Assembly (NCBI GenBank): GCA_041576165.1
Contig: JBFGLM010000006.1
Location: 64,001 to 128,000, forward strand
Length of the DNA stretch: 64,000 nt
Source of the DNA: Acidimicrobiia bacterium
GTDB taxonomy: Bacteria; Actinomycetota; Acidimicrobiia; Spongiisociales; Spongiisociaceae
Reading direction: 5' to 3'
This document shows, piece by piece, positions 19,635 to 29,029 of the stretch (positions are counted from its first letter, which is position 1; the number at the start of each line of letters is the position of its first letter). The position numbers and the translations under genes were made by a program. The notes under the pieces were generated by a model. It was not told where the DNA came from and ran no database searches. It saw only the letters and a program-made list of their open reading frames with translations.

Positions 19635-19832
19635 TCAGCTCCACGACCCGCCGAGCAGCTGCACTCCGCCGGGGATGCCGCCCCCGAACTCATAGACCGT
19701 CGGAGCAGCCGGCGCATCATCCTGGTCGGGGATCGTGTAGACCGGGCCGGATACACCGACCACGAGCGTGGCCGCAACGACGGCGCTCGCGATCCACTTT
19801 CTCAGACTCCAGCCTTCGGAGCGGCGTTTCAT
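19635..19832 (-). CDS. Small secreted peptide, 65 aa
   Basis: GGGAGG RBS before ATG 19832. Basic N-terminus, hydrophobic stretch, then a Gly-rich tail ending LLGGSWS. Confidence 0.65.
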   Translation of the reverse strand: MKRRSEGWSLRKWIASAVVAATLVVGVSGPVYTIPDQDDAPAAPTVYEFGGGIPGGVQLLGGSWS

Positions 19833-19992
19833 TGTGACCTCCCTGCGATTCACCGAACCTTGTTTTCGTCCGGTTCTCGCCCAAGCTGGAGGACGGTTAA
19901 TTCGTCACCCGCGCTGACTAGTGCCCGGCGCACCCCGCCGCCGGTGGCGTCAGCTCCCGCACCGCGTTCCCGGCGACGGGCCCGGGAAGGCG

Positions 19993-21546
19993 TCAGCCCC
20001 GTGCCACCTGGTCGCGCAGCACGCGGCGGAGAATCTTTCCGGACGCCGATTTCGGAATCTCCTCTAGAAAGGTGACCCTCCGAATCGCCTTGTAGTGAGC
20101 CACCTGGCCGCCGACGAACTCCATCAGCTCATGGCCCGACGCTTCGAGGCCGGGTTTGAGCACGACGTACGCGGCGGGTATCTCCCCGGCCTCCTCGTCG
20201 GGGAGCCCGACCACCGCTGCGTCGGCGACGGCCGGATGGGTCAACAGCAGCGCCTCCAACTCGGCCGGCGGCACCTGAAAGCCCTTGTATTTGATCAGTT
20301 CTTTCAGGCGGTCGACGATGTAGAGGTGCCCGTCATCGTCGAAATGTCCAATGTCGCCGGTGTGCAACCACCCGTCGTCGTCGATCGTCGCCGCAGTGGC
20401 ATCGGGGTTGTTCAGGTAGCCCGCCATTACCTGTGGACCCCTCACCCACACCTCGCCGTCCTGCTCAATCCCCACCGGCTCGCCCGACGCCGGGTCCACG
20501 ATCATGGTTTCGGTGTTGGCGATCGTGACACCAACCGAGCCCGGTTTGTACTCGCCTTCCGGCGTGCTGTGAGACACCGGAGACAGCTCCGTCATGCCGT
20601 AGCCCTGGACCACCGCGCAGCCGAGCCGCTGGTTGACCTCAGCGGCCAGTTCCGCCGACAGCGGGGCTGCACCGGAAAACACCTGGCGCAGGGCACTCAG
20701 GTCGTATTTGTCGACGATGGGATGCTTCGCCAAAGCCACCACGATGGGCGGAACGACAAACGACCGGGTGACCCGGTATTCCTCGTGGATCCGGAGGAAC
20801 TCCTCGAGATCGAACCGAGGCATGGTCACGACGGTCGTCCCCACCCGCAAACCGAGGTTCATGAGAACCTGCATCCCGTAGATGTGGAAGAACGGCAGGA
20901 CGGCTATCGCTACTTCGCCTTCTTCGATAGTCACGACCGGCATCGTTTGTTCGAGGTTGGCCACCAGGTTGCGGTGGGTGAGCATGACGCCTTTCGACAG
21001 CCCGGTCGTCCCCGACGAGTAGGGCAGCACGACCAGGTCTTCGGGAGCGACCGGCACCTGGGCGTCCAGCGGTTCACCGAAGAGCGTGTCCAGGGACGGA
21101 GCGACCTCGGCCTCGCCTAGGACATAGATCTCCCGGACACCGGTATCGGCGGCCGCAGCCCGCGCTGTCTCGAAGAACATCGGCACGGTCACCATGATCG
21201 AGGCGCCTGCGTCCTCCAGCTGATGGTGGACCTCGCGAGCGGTGTACGTCGGATTGATCGTTGTCACGACCCCACCGGCCAGCGCTGCCGCGTGAAACAC
21301 CACCGCGTATTCGGGCACGTTCGGCGCCATCAGCGCCAGCACCTGGCCCTTCTGAAACCCATGCGAGACCAGGCCCCCGGCCAGGCTGCGCACGGCAGCC
21401 TCCAGCTGGCCATAGGTATATGTCCGGCCCGAGGGCCCGTCGATCAGCGCCGGCTTGTCGGCGAGGCGGCCGGCTGCTGCGAACACATACTCGAACAGGG
21501 GCTCAGTCGGGATCGCCACGTCCGGGAACGGGCTGGTGTGGATCAC
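19993..21546 (-). CDS. AMP-dependent acyl-CoA ligase (4-coumarate-CoA ligase family)
   Basis: YSSGTTGLSKG, QGYGMTE, WLHTGDIG, DRLKELIKYKG and SGKILRR motifs. Confidence 0.95.
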   Translation of the reverse strand: MIHTSPFPDVAIPTEPLFEYVFAAAGRLADKPALIDGPSGRTYTYGQLEAAVRSLAGGLVSHGFQKGQVLALMAPNVPEYAVVFHAAALAGGVVTTINPTYTAREVHHQLEDAGASIMVTVPMFFETARAAAADTGVREIYVLGEAEVAPSLDTLFGEPLDAQVPVAPEDLVVLPYSSGTTGLSKGVMLTHRNLVANLEQTMPVVTIEEGEVAIAVLPFFHIYGMQVLMNLGLRVGTTVVTMPRFDLEEFLRIHEEYRVTRSFVVPPIVVALAKHPIVDKYDLSALRQVFSGAAPLSAELAAEVNQRLGCAVVQGYGMTELSPVSHSTPEGEYKPGSVGVTIANTETMIVDPASGEPVGIEQDGEVWVRGPQVMAGYLNNPDATAATIDDDGWLHTGDIGHFDDDGHLYIVDRLKELIKYKGFQVPPAELEALLLTHPAVADAAVVGLPDEEAGEIPAAYVVLKPGLEASGHELMEFVGGQVAHYKAIRRVTFLEEIPKSASGKILRRVLRDQVARG

Positions 21547-21655
21547 GGGCGTACCTCCAAGACGGTCGACACCAGTCTGCTACTTCCCGACTCGGTGTGC
21601 AGGTGCCGTGATCGGCGGTGCGCCGGTGGTGGCCGGTCTCTGGCAACATGACATC

Positions 21656-23935
21656 GTGGACAATGGCCCCACCGACGAACGCGACCTCGAGGGTCTGCTT
21701 TCCTCCTGGGCAGACGATCCTGATCTCGCCGGGGACCTGGTTCACCGCCGGGTCGTTCGCGGCCACGACGCCGCGTTCGCGGACTTGTCGGATCCTTTGC
21801 CCGGTGCGTTGCGGTCCCGGCTGGCCGACCAGGGAATCACCCGCCTCTACCGCCACCAGGTCGACGCGGTGGACAGGATCCGGGCCGGTGACCACACGGT
21901 GCTCGTCTCCGGGACTGCTTCGGGGAAGACGCTGTGTTACCAGATTCCCATCGCCGAACAGATCCTCGAACAACCCAGGTCGAGCGCACTGTTGCTGTTC
22001 CCGACCAAGGCGCTGGCCCAGGATCAATTGCGCTCGTTCGGTCGGCTGCGGATCCCCGGCCTCAGCCTGGCCACCTACGACGGCGACACGCCCGTCGAGG
22101 AGCGCAGCAGCGTCCGCCGGTCGGCCAACGTGATCTTCACCAACCCCGACATGCTCCATTACGGAATTCTCCCCAACCACGGGAAGTGGGCCGAGTTCTT
22201 CCTGCGCCTGCGCTTCGTGGTCGTAGATGAGATGCATGTTCTGCGCGGCATGTTCGGCAGCCATACGGCGCTGATCCTCCGACGCTTGCGGCGGATTGCC
22301 CGCCACTATGGGTCCGAACCGACATTCGTGTTCGCCAGCGCCACGATCGGCAACCCAGCCGATCTGGCCCGTCGCCTCAGCGCGCTGGAGGTCGGCGTCG
22401 TGGCAGGTGACGACTCGCCGGTGGGCGACAAGCTCATTGCGATGTGGAACCCACCCCTCGAAGACGCCGATCTGGGGATTCGGCGCTCTTCGATGGCAGA
22501 AACCACGGATCTGTTCGTCCGTATGGTCGGTAGCCGTCTGCACACGATTGTCTTTTCGCGCAGCCGCAAGGCCACCGAGCTGGTCTATCGGTGGGCCAAA
22601 GACCGGCTGCCGCCCGAGCTCGCCGACCGGATCGCCCCTTACCGGGCCGGGTACCGGGCGGAGGATCGGCGCGCCACCGAAGCCCGGCTCTTCGGAGGCG
22701 AGTTGCTCGGAGTCACGGCCACCAACGCCCTCGAGCTGGGCATAGATGTCGGCAGCCTCGACGCTGCCATCATCAACGCCTTCCCCGGCACCCTCGCGTC
22801 CTTCCGCCAGCAGGCCGGACGAGCGGGCCGCACCAAAGACGAAGCGCTAGTGGTGCTGGTGGGCGGCCACGACGCCCTCGACCAGTACTACATGACCTAC
22901 CCAGAGGAGCTGTTCAGCCGTCCCCCCGAGGCCGCAGTGGTCAACCCGGCCAACCCGTTGGTGGCCGAAGCGCACACTGCGTGCGCGGCGTACGAATTGC
23001 CACTGGACATGTCGGATCGTGAGTTGCTCGGGGACGGTTTCGAAGAAGCCGCCAATCGGCTCGTGCAGGCCGAGCACCTGCGTCTGCGGGACGGCCGCCT
23101 GCACTGGGCCCGGCGCACAAACCCGGCACCCGATATCAACCTTCGATCCTCCGGCGGCCCCACCTATGTCATCCACGACACCGTCGGAGAACTACTCGGG
23201 ACGGTCGAACAAGAAAGGGCGTTTCGGGATGCGCACGAGGGGGCGGTCTACCTCCACCAAGGCGACACCTACGTCGTGGAGCAGCTTGATCTCCAACGGC
23301 ACGAGATCAGGGTGCGGAAAGCGTCGCTCGACTACTACACCCAGCCGAAGGAAGAAAAGGCGATGGACGTGCTCGACGTCGAAGCCAAGGGTCCGCTGGG
23401 GGCACTGACCCACTGGCTGGGCCGCGTGCGGGTGGAGTCAGCGATCATCGGATTTCAGCGGAAGAGGCTGGGATCCGGGGAGAGCATGGGGATGGAATAC
23501 CTCGACCTGCCCTCCACCACCTTCGACACCGAGGCGTTCTGGTTCACCTGCGCTGACCAACTCGTGCGCGCAGCCGGGGTAGAGGCGGCAGAGCTCCCCG
23601 GCACCCTGCACGCCGCGGAGCACACTGCGATCGCCATGATGCCGCTGTTCGCAATCTGTGATCGGTGGGACATCGGGGGTCTCTCGACGCCATACCACCC
23701 CCAGATGGGTCCGAACACAATCTTCATCTACGACGGATACCCGGGCGGGGCCGGAATCGCCACCGTGGCGTATCCTCGGGGCGAGGATCTGCTCTCGGCA
23801 ACGCTGGCTGCGCTGGAGGCGTGCCCATGTGCGGCCGGTTGCCCGTCCTGTGTGCAATCCCCCAAGTGCGGCAATTTCAACGACCCGCTCTCGAAAGGCG
23901 GCGCCATCCGGTTTCTGCGGGCGGCGCTGCGCTGA
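21656..23935 (+). CDS. DEAD/DEAH helicase with a DUF1998 domain (MrfA/Hrq1/SftH family)
   Basis: GTASGKT, PTKALAQDQ, DEMH, ALELGIDVG, QAGRAGR and C-terminal CPCAAGCPSCVQSPKC. Confidence 0.95.
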   Translation: MDNGPTDERDLEGLLSSWADDPDLAGDLVHRRVVRGHDAAFADLSDPLPGALRSRLADQGITRLYRHQVDAVDRIRAGDHTVLVSGTASGKTLCYQIPIAEQILEQPRSSALLLFPTKALAQDQLRSFGRLRIPGLSLATYDGDTPVEERSSVRRSANVIFTNPDMLHYGILPNHGKWAEFFLRLRFVVVDEMHVLRGMFGSHTALILRRLRRIARHYGSEPTFVFASATIGNPADLARRLSALEVGVVAGDDSPVGDKLIAMWNPPLEDADLGIRRSSMAETTDLFVRMVGSRLHTIVFSRSRKATELVYRWAKDRLPPELADRIAPYRAGYRAEDRRATEARLFGGELLGVTATNALELGIDVGSLDAAIINAFPGTLASFRQQAGRAGRTKDEALVVLVGGHDALDQYYMTYPEELFSRPPEAAVVNPANPLVAEAHTACAAYELPLDMSDRELLGDGFEEAANRLVQAEHLRLRDGRLHWARRTNPAPDINLRSSGGPTYVIHDTVGELLGTVEQERAFRDAHEGAVYLHQGDTYVVEQLDLQRHEIRVRKASLDYYTQPKEEKAMDVLDVEAKGPLGALTHWLGRVRVESAIIGFQRKRLGSGESMGMEYLDLPSTTFDTEAFWFTCADQLVRAAGVEAAELPGTLHAAEHTAIAMMPLFAICDRWDIGGLSTPYHPQMGPNTIFIYDGYPGGAGIATVAYPRGEDLLSATLAALEACPCAAGCPSCVQSPKCGNFNDPLSKGGAIRFLRAALR

Positions 23936-23972
23936 GCCGTTTGCCCCGGGCGGGGCTGAGCTGGCCGCGGGC

Positions 23973-25460
23973 TCACCTCCACGGCATCAGCTCTGTCTCC
24001 GTTCGGTACAGGATCCGATCACGCACCGCCCGCGCGCGATCCAGTTCGAGGTGGGGCAGCTGCACGTCGCCGACGGCGGTGTGGATCACAACCGTGGCGA
24101 GACCATGGCGGCGGTGGAAGATGGTTTGCACCAGCGACACCGCCTGGGTCTTGTGCAGTGCCAGCGACTGACGGGTGCGGACGACGGGCCCATGCACCAC
24201 CTCGAGCGTGTCGGCGGAGAGCGTCCACCGCCACCGCCGGCGTGCAACCGGAGCGATCAGCGCCACCGTCAGCGGCCACAGCACAACCGCGGCCGCCCGC
24301 CAACCGACCAATACCCACGCGATCAGGCCGGCGGCTACAGCCGGCACTATGCCGATCCAGGTGATCCAGCGCTGCACAGCCAGAACTGAGATGGGGCGGG
24401 CGACACCCCCGACGGGAGGCAACAGCAGCGATCTAAGCCCTACGAGTTCTTCCGGTTTGGTGCCGGGCAACACAATGGAATCGTTCCGGCTCCCGAGACT
24501 CGAGGCGGTCGGCAACGTCACGTGGCTGATGGCGGCACGCCGCTGGAGCGGATTCTGGCGCTCCCGAATCAATTGGATCCGATCGAACGCGGCGGATCGC
24601 TCTGAGCGGCTGAGGAGGCCGGAGGTGCTCCGCAGGCGGTCGCCCTCGACGACCAGCGTGAGGTCGTGGTATCGCAACAACGTCGACCCGAACCACAGCC
24701 CCCCGAACACCACCAAGTATGCAACCACAGCGAGACCGATCAGCGCGACCAACGGCAGGTCGACCGTATCTCGGAGTTGGAGCAGTTCGCGCTCGGTCAC
24801 GCCGAGCGCATCCCCGAGCTCCTGGATCAGCACGACCAGGGGCGCAACCAGCGCCAGGTCGGCCAGCGGGTTGCGGGTCAGGGCGACGTATACCAGGTCG
24901 CGTACGCGGCGGCGCAGCAGCACCTGGGCCGGTTCGGGTGCGTCGACGGTGTCGGGCACGGGCCGTTCGGGGACGGCTCCCTCGCCGGCGCCGCCGGCCT
25001 GGGTGACGGCGTGGCGAAGTGCGATCGCCGTCGGGCGGTCGATCGCTTCGAACTGGAACTCGGATCCGGCGGATCCGGCAGTTTCAATCCGGGCCCGCAC
25101 CAGGCCGATCGGGCGGTGGAGGAATTGTTGTTCGATGTGGACGCTCTGGATGCGTGACAAGGGGATCGTGATCCGCTCGATCGCGACGAGGCCGCTCGTC
25201 ACCACCAGGTCGCCCCCCTCGATGTGGAACGTCCTACGCCACCAGGTTGCCGCAGACAAGATCGCCAGCACCAGCGCGCCGACCACCGCCACCGCCAGCA
25301 ACAGCACGGGAGTGCGACCGGACAGGACCGCCACGGCGGCTATGGCCAGGTTGGCAAGGCCGACCCGGCGCAGCAACCGGCCGGCGATGAATATCAGCGA
25401 CCAGATGCTCTCACGACTGGGTTCGGCGAACGGTTGGGAGACCTGATGTTGGTCATCCAT
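23973..25460 (-). CDS. Bacterial PH-domain membrane protein (YdbT-like)
   Basis: Three bPH_2-like repeats (SRIQSV, DRIQLI, HKTQAV) separated by TM pairs. Confidence 0.85.
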   Translation of the reverse strand: MDDQHQVSQPFAEPSRESIWSLIFIAGRLLRRVGLANLAIAAVAVLSGRTPVLLLAVAVVGALVLAILSAATWWRRTFHIEGGDLVVTSGLVAIERITIPLSRIQSVHIEQQFLHRPIGLVRARIETAGSAGSEFQFEAIDRPTAIALRHAVTQAGGAGEGAVPERPVPDTVDAPEPAQVLLRRRVRDLVYVALTRNPLADLALVAPLVVLIQELGDALGVTERELLQLRDTVDLPLVALIGLAVVAYLVVFGGLWFGSTLLRYHDLTLVVEGDRLRSTSGLLSRSERSAAFDRIQLIRERQNPLQRRAAISHVTLPTASSLGSRNDSIVLPGTKPEELVGLRSLLLPPVGGVARPISVLAVQRWITWIGIVPAVAAGLIAWVLVGWRAAAVVLWPLTVALIAPVARRRWRWTLSADTLEVVHGPVVRTRQSLALHKTQAVSLVQTIFHRRHGLATVVIHTAVGDVQLPHLELDRARAVRDRILYRTETELMPWR

Positions 25461-26064
25461 CGAGGCGCGTCCGGCTGAGAACCATTTCCCTGGTCCGCTC
25501 CGCAGTGGCGGGGGAAAGTCCCGGCACGACCAAATCGGCTGATCCACTGCCGGCTGTGAAGATCTCCAGCGACGCCAGCCGGAACGCCCGCTCGATGGCG
25601 CCGGCCGATACTGAAACATGCTGGACTCGGGAGAAGGGCACGGTGGTCACCGACCGACTGAGGAAACCCCGCCGAAATGAGACGTCATGCTCGCGAAGCG
25701 TCCAGCCGCGGTAGGCATACTCAACCCAAACGAGCACCGTCGCACCCACGGTCAGCACCAAGGCCGTGATGATCGCCAGCGTCTCCACCCAGGCCGGGGC
25801 GGGCGCCAGCTGGGCGGCGAGGATGGTGACAACCGTGACGCCCAACCAGCCCGACACCGTGGTCAGCACCCGCACCGTGCGATAGGCCGGATGCAGCGCC
25901 TGGTAGTGGTCCTCGTCGAGCTGCGGCAACGCGGCCACGTCGAGCGGGTCATTGCGGAAATCCGGGGGCGGGGACGGACCTGATCCGGAGGGATCGTCGG
26001 ACTCCGCGGACGGGGTGGAATGGGCGGCGGCCTCGGGATCCCCGAACGAGCCCGTTGTGTTCAT
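25453..26064 (-). CDS. Bacterial PH-domain membrane protein (YdbS-like)
   Basis: Two TM segments, then RGFLSRSVTTVPFSRVQHVSVSAGAIER. Confidence 0.88.
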   Translation of the reverse strand: MNTTGSFGDPEAAAHSTPSAESDDPSGSGPSPPPDFRNDPLDVAALPQLDEDHYQALHPAYRTVRVLTTVSGWLGVTVVTILAAQLAPAPAWVETLAIITALVLTVGATVLVWVEYAYRGWTLREHDVSFRRGFLSRSVTTVPFSRVQHVSVSAGAIERAFRLASLEIFTAGSGSADLVVPGLSPATAERTREMVLSRTRLDG

Positions 26065-26720
26065 GCAATCGCCACGAACAGCCGGTCGGCTGCGTATGCC
26101 CCGACACCCACCGGCTGCCCGTTGACCTTCACCGTCAAAGCGCCGTGCGGGTCCTTCTGGACCAGCTCCACGCAAGCGCCGGGTCGCAAACCCGACTCGT
26201 CAAGGTATTGCATCATTTCGGCGTCCAGTTCGAGCTCCTCGGAGATGCGTTCGAGCTCGAGGTCCTCACCCCGCTCCATATCCGACATCGGCTTCATCTT
26301 GGGTGGTTTGTAGCCGGCCCCCGGGATGGGGTTGCCGTGCGGACAGGTCTTCGGGTCTTCCATCACCGCCCACATCGCCGCCTCGACATCGTCGGATATC
26401 GTCGTCTCCCACACCTCGGCCTCGGCATGCACTTTCGACCACGGCAGCTTCAACACCTCAGAGAGGAAGCGCTCGGCCAGCCGGTGGCGCCGGACCACGA
26501 CGGCCGCTAGGTGACGTCCTTCTTCAGTGAGATTGATATGCCCGTCCACCGTGACGAGGCCTTCGCCGGCCATCCGGTGGACCATTTCTGAAACGCTCGC
26601 CCGGCTGACGCCCAGCCAGTCCGCGATGCGGGCCTGGATGACCGGGATGCCTTCCTCCTCGATCTCCCAGATAGCTTCGACGTATTCGCGGTATCGCACC
26701 GAATAGGTGGTGTCGGCCAT
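26061..26720 (-). CDS. DtxR/IdeR-family metal-dependent repressor
   Basis: HTH (ARIADWLGVSRASVSEM), RRHRLAERFL, HAEAEVWE, CPHGNPIPG and a FeoA-like tail. Confidence 0.95.
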   Translation of the reverse strand: MADTTYSVRYREYVEAIWEIEEEGIPVIQARIADWLGVSRASVSEMVHRMAGEGLVTVDGHINLTEEGRHLAAVVVRRHRLAERFLSEVLKLPWSKVHAEAEVWETTISDDVEAAMWAVMEDPKTCPHGNPIPGAGYKPPKMKPMSDMERGEDLELERISEELELDAEMMQYLDESGLRPGACVELVQKDPHGALTVKVNGQPVGVGAYAADRLFVAIA

Positions 26721-26821
26721 GGGAGGATCGTAGCCCACCGGTCCTGGAAGGTGCCCGGCGGTTGTTCGCCCAGCGACGGGCAGATTCTTTTGTAGGGGCA
26801 GCCAAAGGTAAGCTGTTAGGG

Positions 26822-27907
26822 ATGCTGAACATCACCCGTCCGGACGGCGAGACAGCCGCGTCAGCGGAATCAGCGCCGCACGTGCGAGTCGGAGGTCTGG
26901 TCAAGACATTTGGCGGATTCACCGCCCTGAGTGGCGCGTCTTTCGACGTGGATCGTGGCCGTACGCTGGCCATTGTGGGCCCGTCGGGGTGTGGCAAGAC
27001 GACGCTCCTGCGCATCATCGCCGGGCTCGACGTCCCCGACGCCGGGAAGGTGATCATCGGGGGGACGGTGCTGACCGGTCCCGCCGGAGTGGTCGCACCC
27101 GACCGCCGCCGGGTGGGCATGGTCTTCCAGGGCGGGGCGCTGTTCCCGCATATGACTGTGGCCGAGAACGTCGGCTATGGCATCCCGCAGGCACCAGACC
27201 GCGACGCCAGAATCCGCGCCAAGCTCGCCATGGTCGACCTGACCGGATTCGAGCACCGCTATCCGGACAGTCTGTCGGGTGGCCAAGCACAGCGAGTGGC
27301 TCTGGCCCGGGCGCTGGCTCCTGAGCCCGACGTATTGCTGCTGGACGAGCCATTCGCCAACCTCGACGACGAACTGCGGGTGCGCGTGCGCTCCGATGTC
27401 GCGGCGCTGCTGCGGTCACTGGAGATCACCGCAATCTTCGTGACCCATGATCAAGAAGAGGCGTTTGTCATCGGCGACGAGGTCGCGGTCATGCGCGATG
27501 GCTCGATCGAACAGGTCGGCGTCCCCGCCGAGATCTACCACCATCCGGCGTCGGCATGGATCGCACGGTTCGTCGGCGACGCCAACATCCTGCCCGGCAT
27601 CCGGGACGGTGAACTGATCGACACCGCCATCGGCATGCTTCCAACCAACGCAGTGTCCGGCACCTCGGTTGCGGTGATGGTGCGGCCCGAGCAGCTGGAA
27701 ATCATCTCCGGCAGCCGGGGCATCATCACCGGAGTCGAGTTCTACGGACACGACACCGCCTACATGGTCGACGTGGCAGGCGAGCAGGTGATCGTGCGCA
27801 TGCTCTCGGCCCCTCGCCACCGTCTCGGAGACACGGTGGATGTCCGTCATCTGGGCGGCGTAGTGCATGTGTTCGAGGACCAGCCGGTGGCACAGGCCGG
27901 AGTATGA
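26822..27907 (+). CDS. fbpC: Fe3+ ABC transporter ATP-binding protein
   Basis: GPSGCGKT, LSGGQAQRVALARAL, LLLDEPF and a TOBE-like tail. Confidence 0.88.
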   Translation: MLNITRPDGETAASAESAPHVRVGGLVKTFGGFTALSGASFDVDRGRTLAIVGPSGCGKTTLLRIIAGLDVPDAGKVIIGGTVLTGPAGVVAPDRRRVGMVFQGGALFPHMTVAENVGYGIPQAPDRDARIRAKLAMVDLTGFEHRYPDSLSGGQAQRVALARALAPEPDVLLLDEPFANLDDELRVRVRSDVAALLRSLEITAIFVTHDQEEAFVIGDEVAVMRDGSIEQVGVPAEIYHHPASAWIARFVGDANILPGIRDGELIDTAIGMLPTNAVSGTSVAVMVRPEQLEIISGSRGIITGVEFYGHDTAYMVDVAGEQVIVRMLSAPRHRLGDTVDVRHLGGVVHVFEDQPVAQAGV

Positions 27908-27925
27908 CCGGCATGGCGTCGTTTG

Positions 27926-27939
27926 TTAGGGCGACCTGA
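27926..27939. promoter_or_regulatory. Candidate DtxR-family operator
   Basis: TTAGG-GCGA-CCTGA imperfect palindrome upstream of the binding-protein gene. Weaker similar sites lie at 26793-26829. Confidence 0.4.
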
Positions 27940-28027
27940 CATATCCTGACTGGAACACCTTGCGAGACCGCATGGCTGCTTCCTAATCTCGCGGTCGTGC
28001 CATCACCCCCAAGACGAGGAATTCACG

Positions 28028-29029
28028 ATGAAGCACATCCTGGCGGCGATCTGTGCCCTGGCGCTCGTTGGGACCGCATGCGGCACCGGTGGTGATGACA
28101 AGCTCACGGTGTACTCGGGACGGAGCGAGGAGCTCATCGGACCGCTCATCGAGCAGTTCAGCGACCGCACCGGCGTCCCGGTCGAGGTGAAATACGACTC
28201 GTCATCGAATCTGGCGCTGCTGATTTCCGAGGAGGGGGATCGCACTCCCGCCGACATCTTTATTTCGCAGAGCCCCGGCGCGATCGCCTTTCTGGCGGGA
28301 CAGGATCTGTTGCAGCAACTAGACAGCCGCCTGCTCGATCTGGTCGCACCAGGATTTCGCAGCGCCGAGGGCCTATGGGTCGGGCTATCGGGCCGGGCCC
28401 GGGTCATCGTCATGAATCGTGATCTCGTGAATCCCGATGAGCTGCCCGGATCGGTGTTCGAGCTGACCGAGCCCCAATACGCGGGGAAGGTGGCGCTGGC
28501 GCCCGCCAACGGGTCCTTCCAGGATTTCGTCACAGCCATGCGTATGACCCATGGCGATGACGCGGCGGCTGAGTGGTTGCGCGGCATGTCCGACAATCGG
28601 TCTCCGACCTATGCAAGCAACTCGGCGATCGTGGATGCGGTTGCGCGTGGCGAGGTGCCGATGGGGCTCGTCAACCACTACTACAACTTCCGTGCTGTGG
28701 CCGAGGACCCGTCGTTGCCATCCGAGAACTACTACTTGCCCGGTGATGACATCGGCTCACTCATCATCATCACCGGCGTCGGCATCCTGGCGGCTTCGGA
28801 CAACTCGGAGGATGCCCAATCGCTGATCGAGTTCCTTTTGGGGGCGGACGCTCAGACGTACTTCACGAACGAAACGTTCGAATACCCGCTGGCCACCGGC
28901 GCCCGACCGTGGGAAGGCCTCCCGCCGCTCTCGGACATCGGCGGATTGACGCCCGACTTCGAGGAGCTTGGCGGCGGACTCGAGCGCACCAAGCAGCTGA
29001 TCGATGCGAGCGGCTTCGAGAGCTCGTGA
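28028..29029 (+). CDS. fbpA: Fe3+ ABC transporter substrate-binding lipoprotein (FbpA/FutA)
   Basis: GTAC lipobox, VYSGRSE and LVNHYY tyrosine pair. Confidence 0.92.
   Translation: MKHILAAICALALVGTACGTGGDDKLTVYSGRSEELIGPLIEQFSDRTGVPVEVKYDSSSNLALLISEEGDRTPADIFISQSPGAIAFLAGQDLLQQLDSRLLDLVAPGFRSAEGLWVGLSGRARVIVMNRDLVNPDELPGSVFELTEPQYAGKVALAPANGSFQDFVTAMRMTHGDDAAAEWLRGMSDNRSPTYASNSAIVDAVARGEVPMGLVNHYYNFRAVAEDPSLPSENYYLPGDDIGSLIIITGVGILAASDNSEDAQSLIEFLLGADAQTYFTNETFEYPLATGARPWEGLPPLSDIGGLTPDFEELGGGLERTKQLIDASGFESS

Noticed and set aside
19548-19637. Possible Sec readthrough of the peptide gene's TGA (SWS-TGA-TGC) and a GGUC-loop hairpin on the minus strand
   Set aside because: The GGUC loop is about 73 nt from that TGA and has no TGA about 20 nt upstream. 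The nearer hairpin has a UGGG loop. It does show that GGUC loops alone are not diagnostic.
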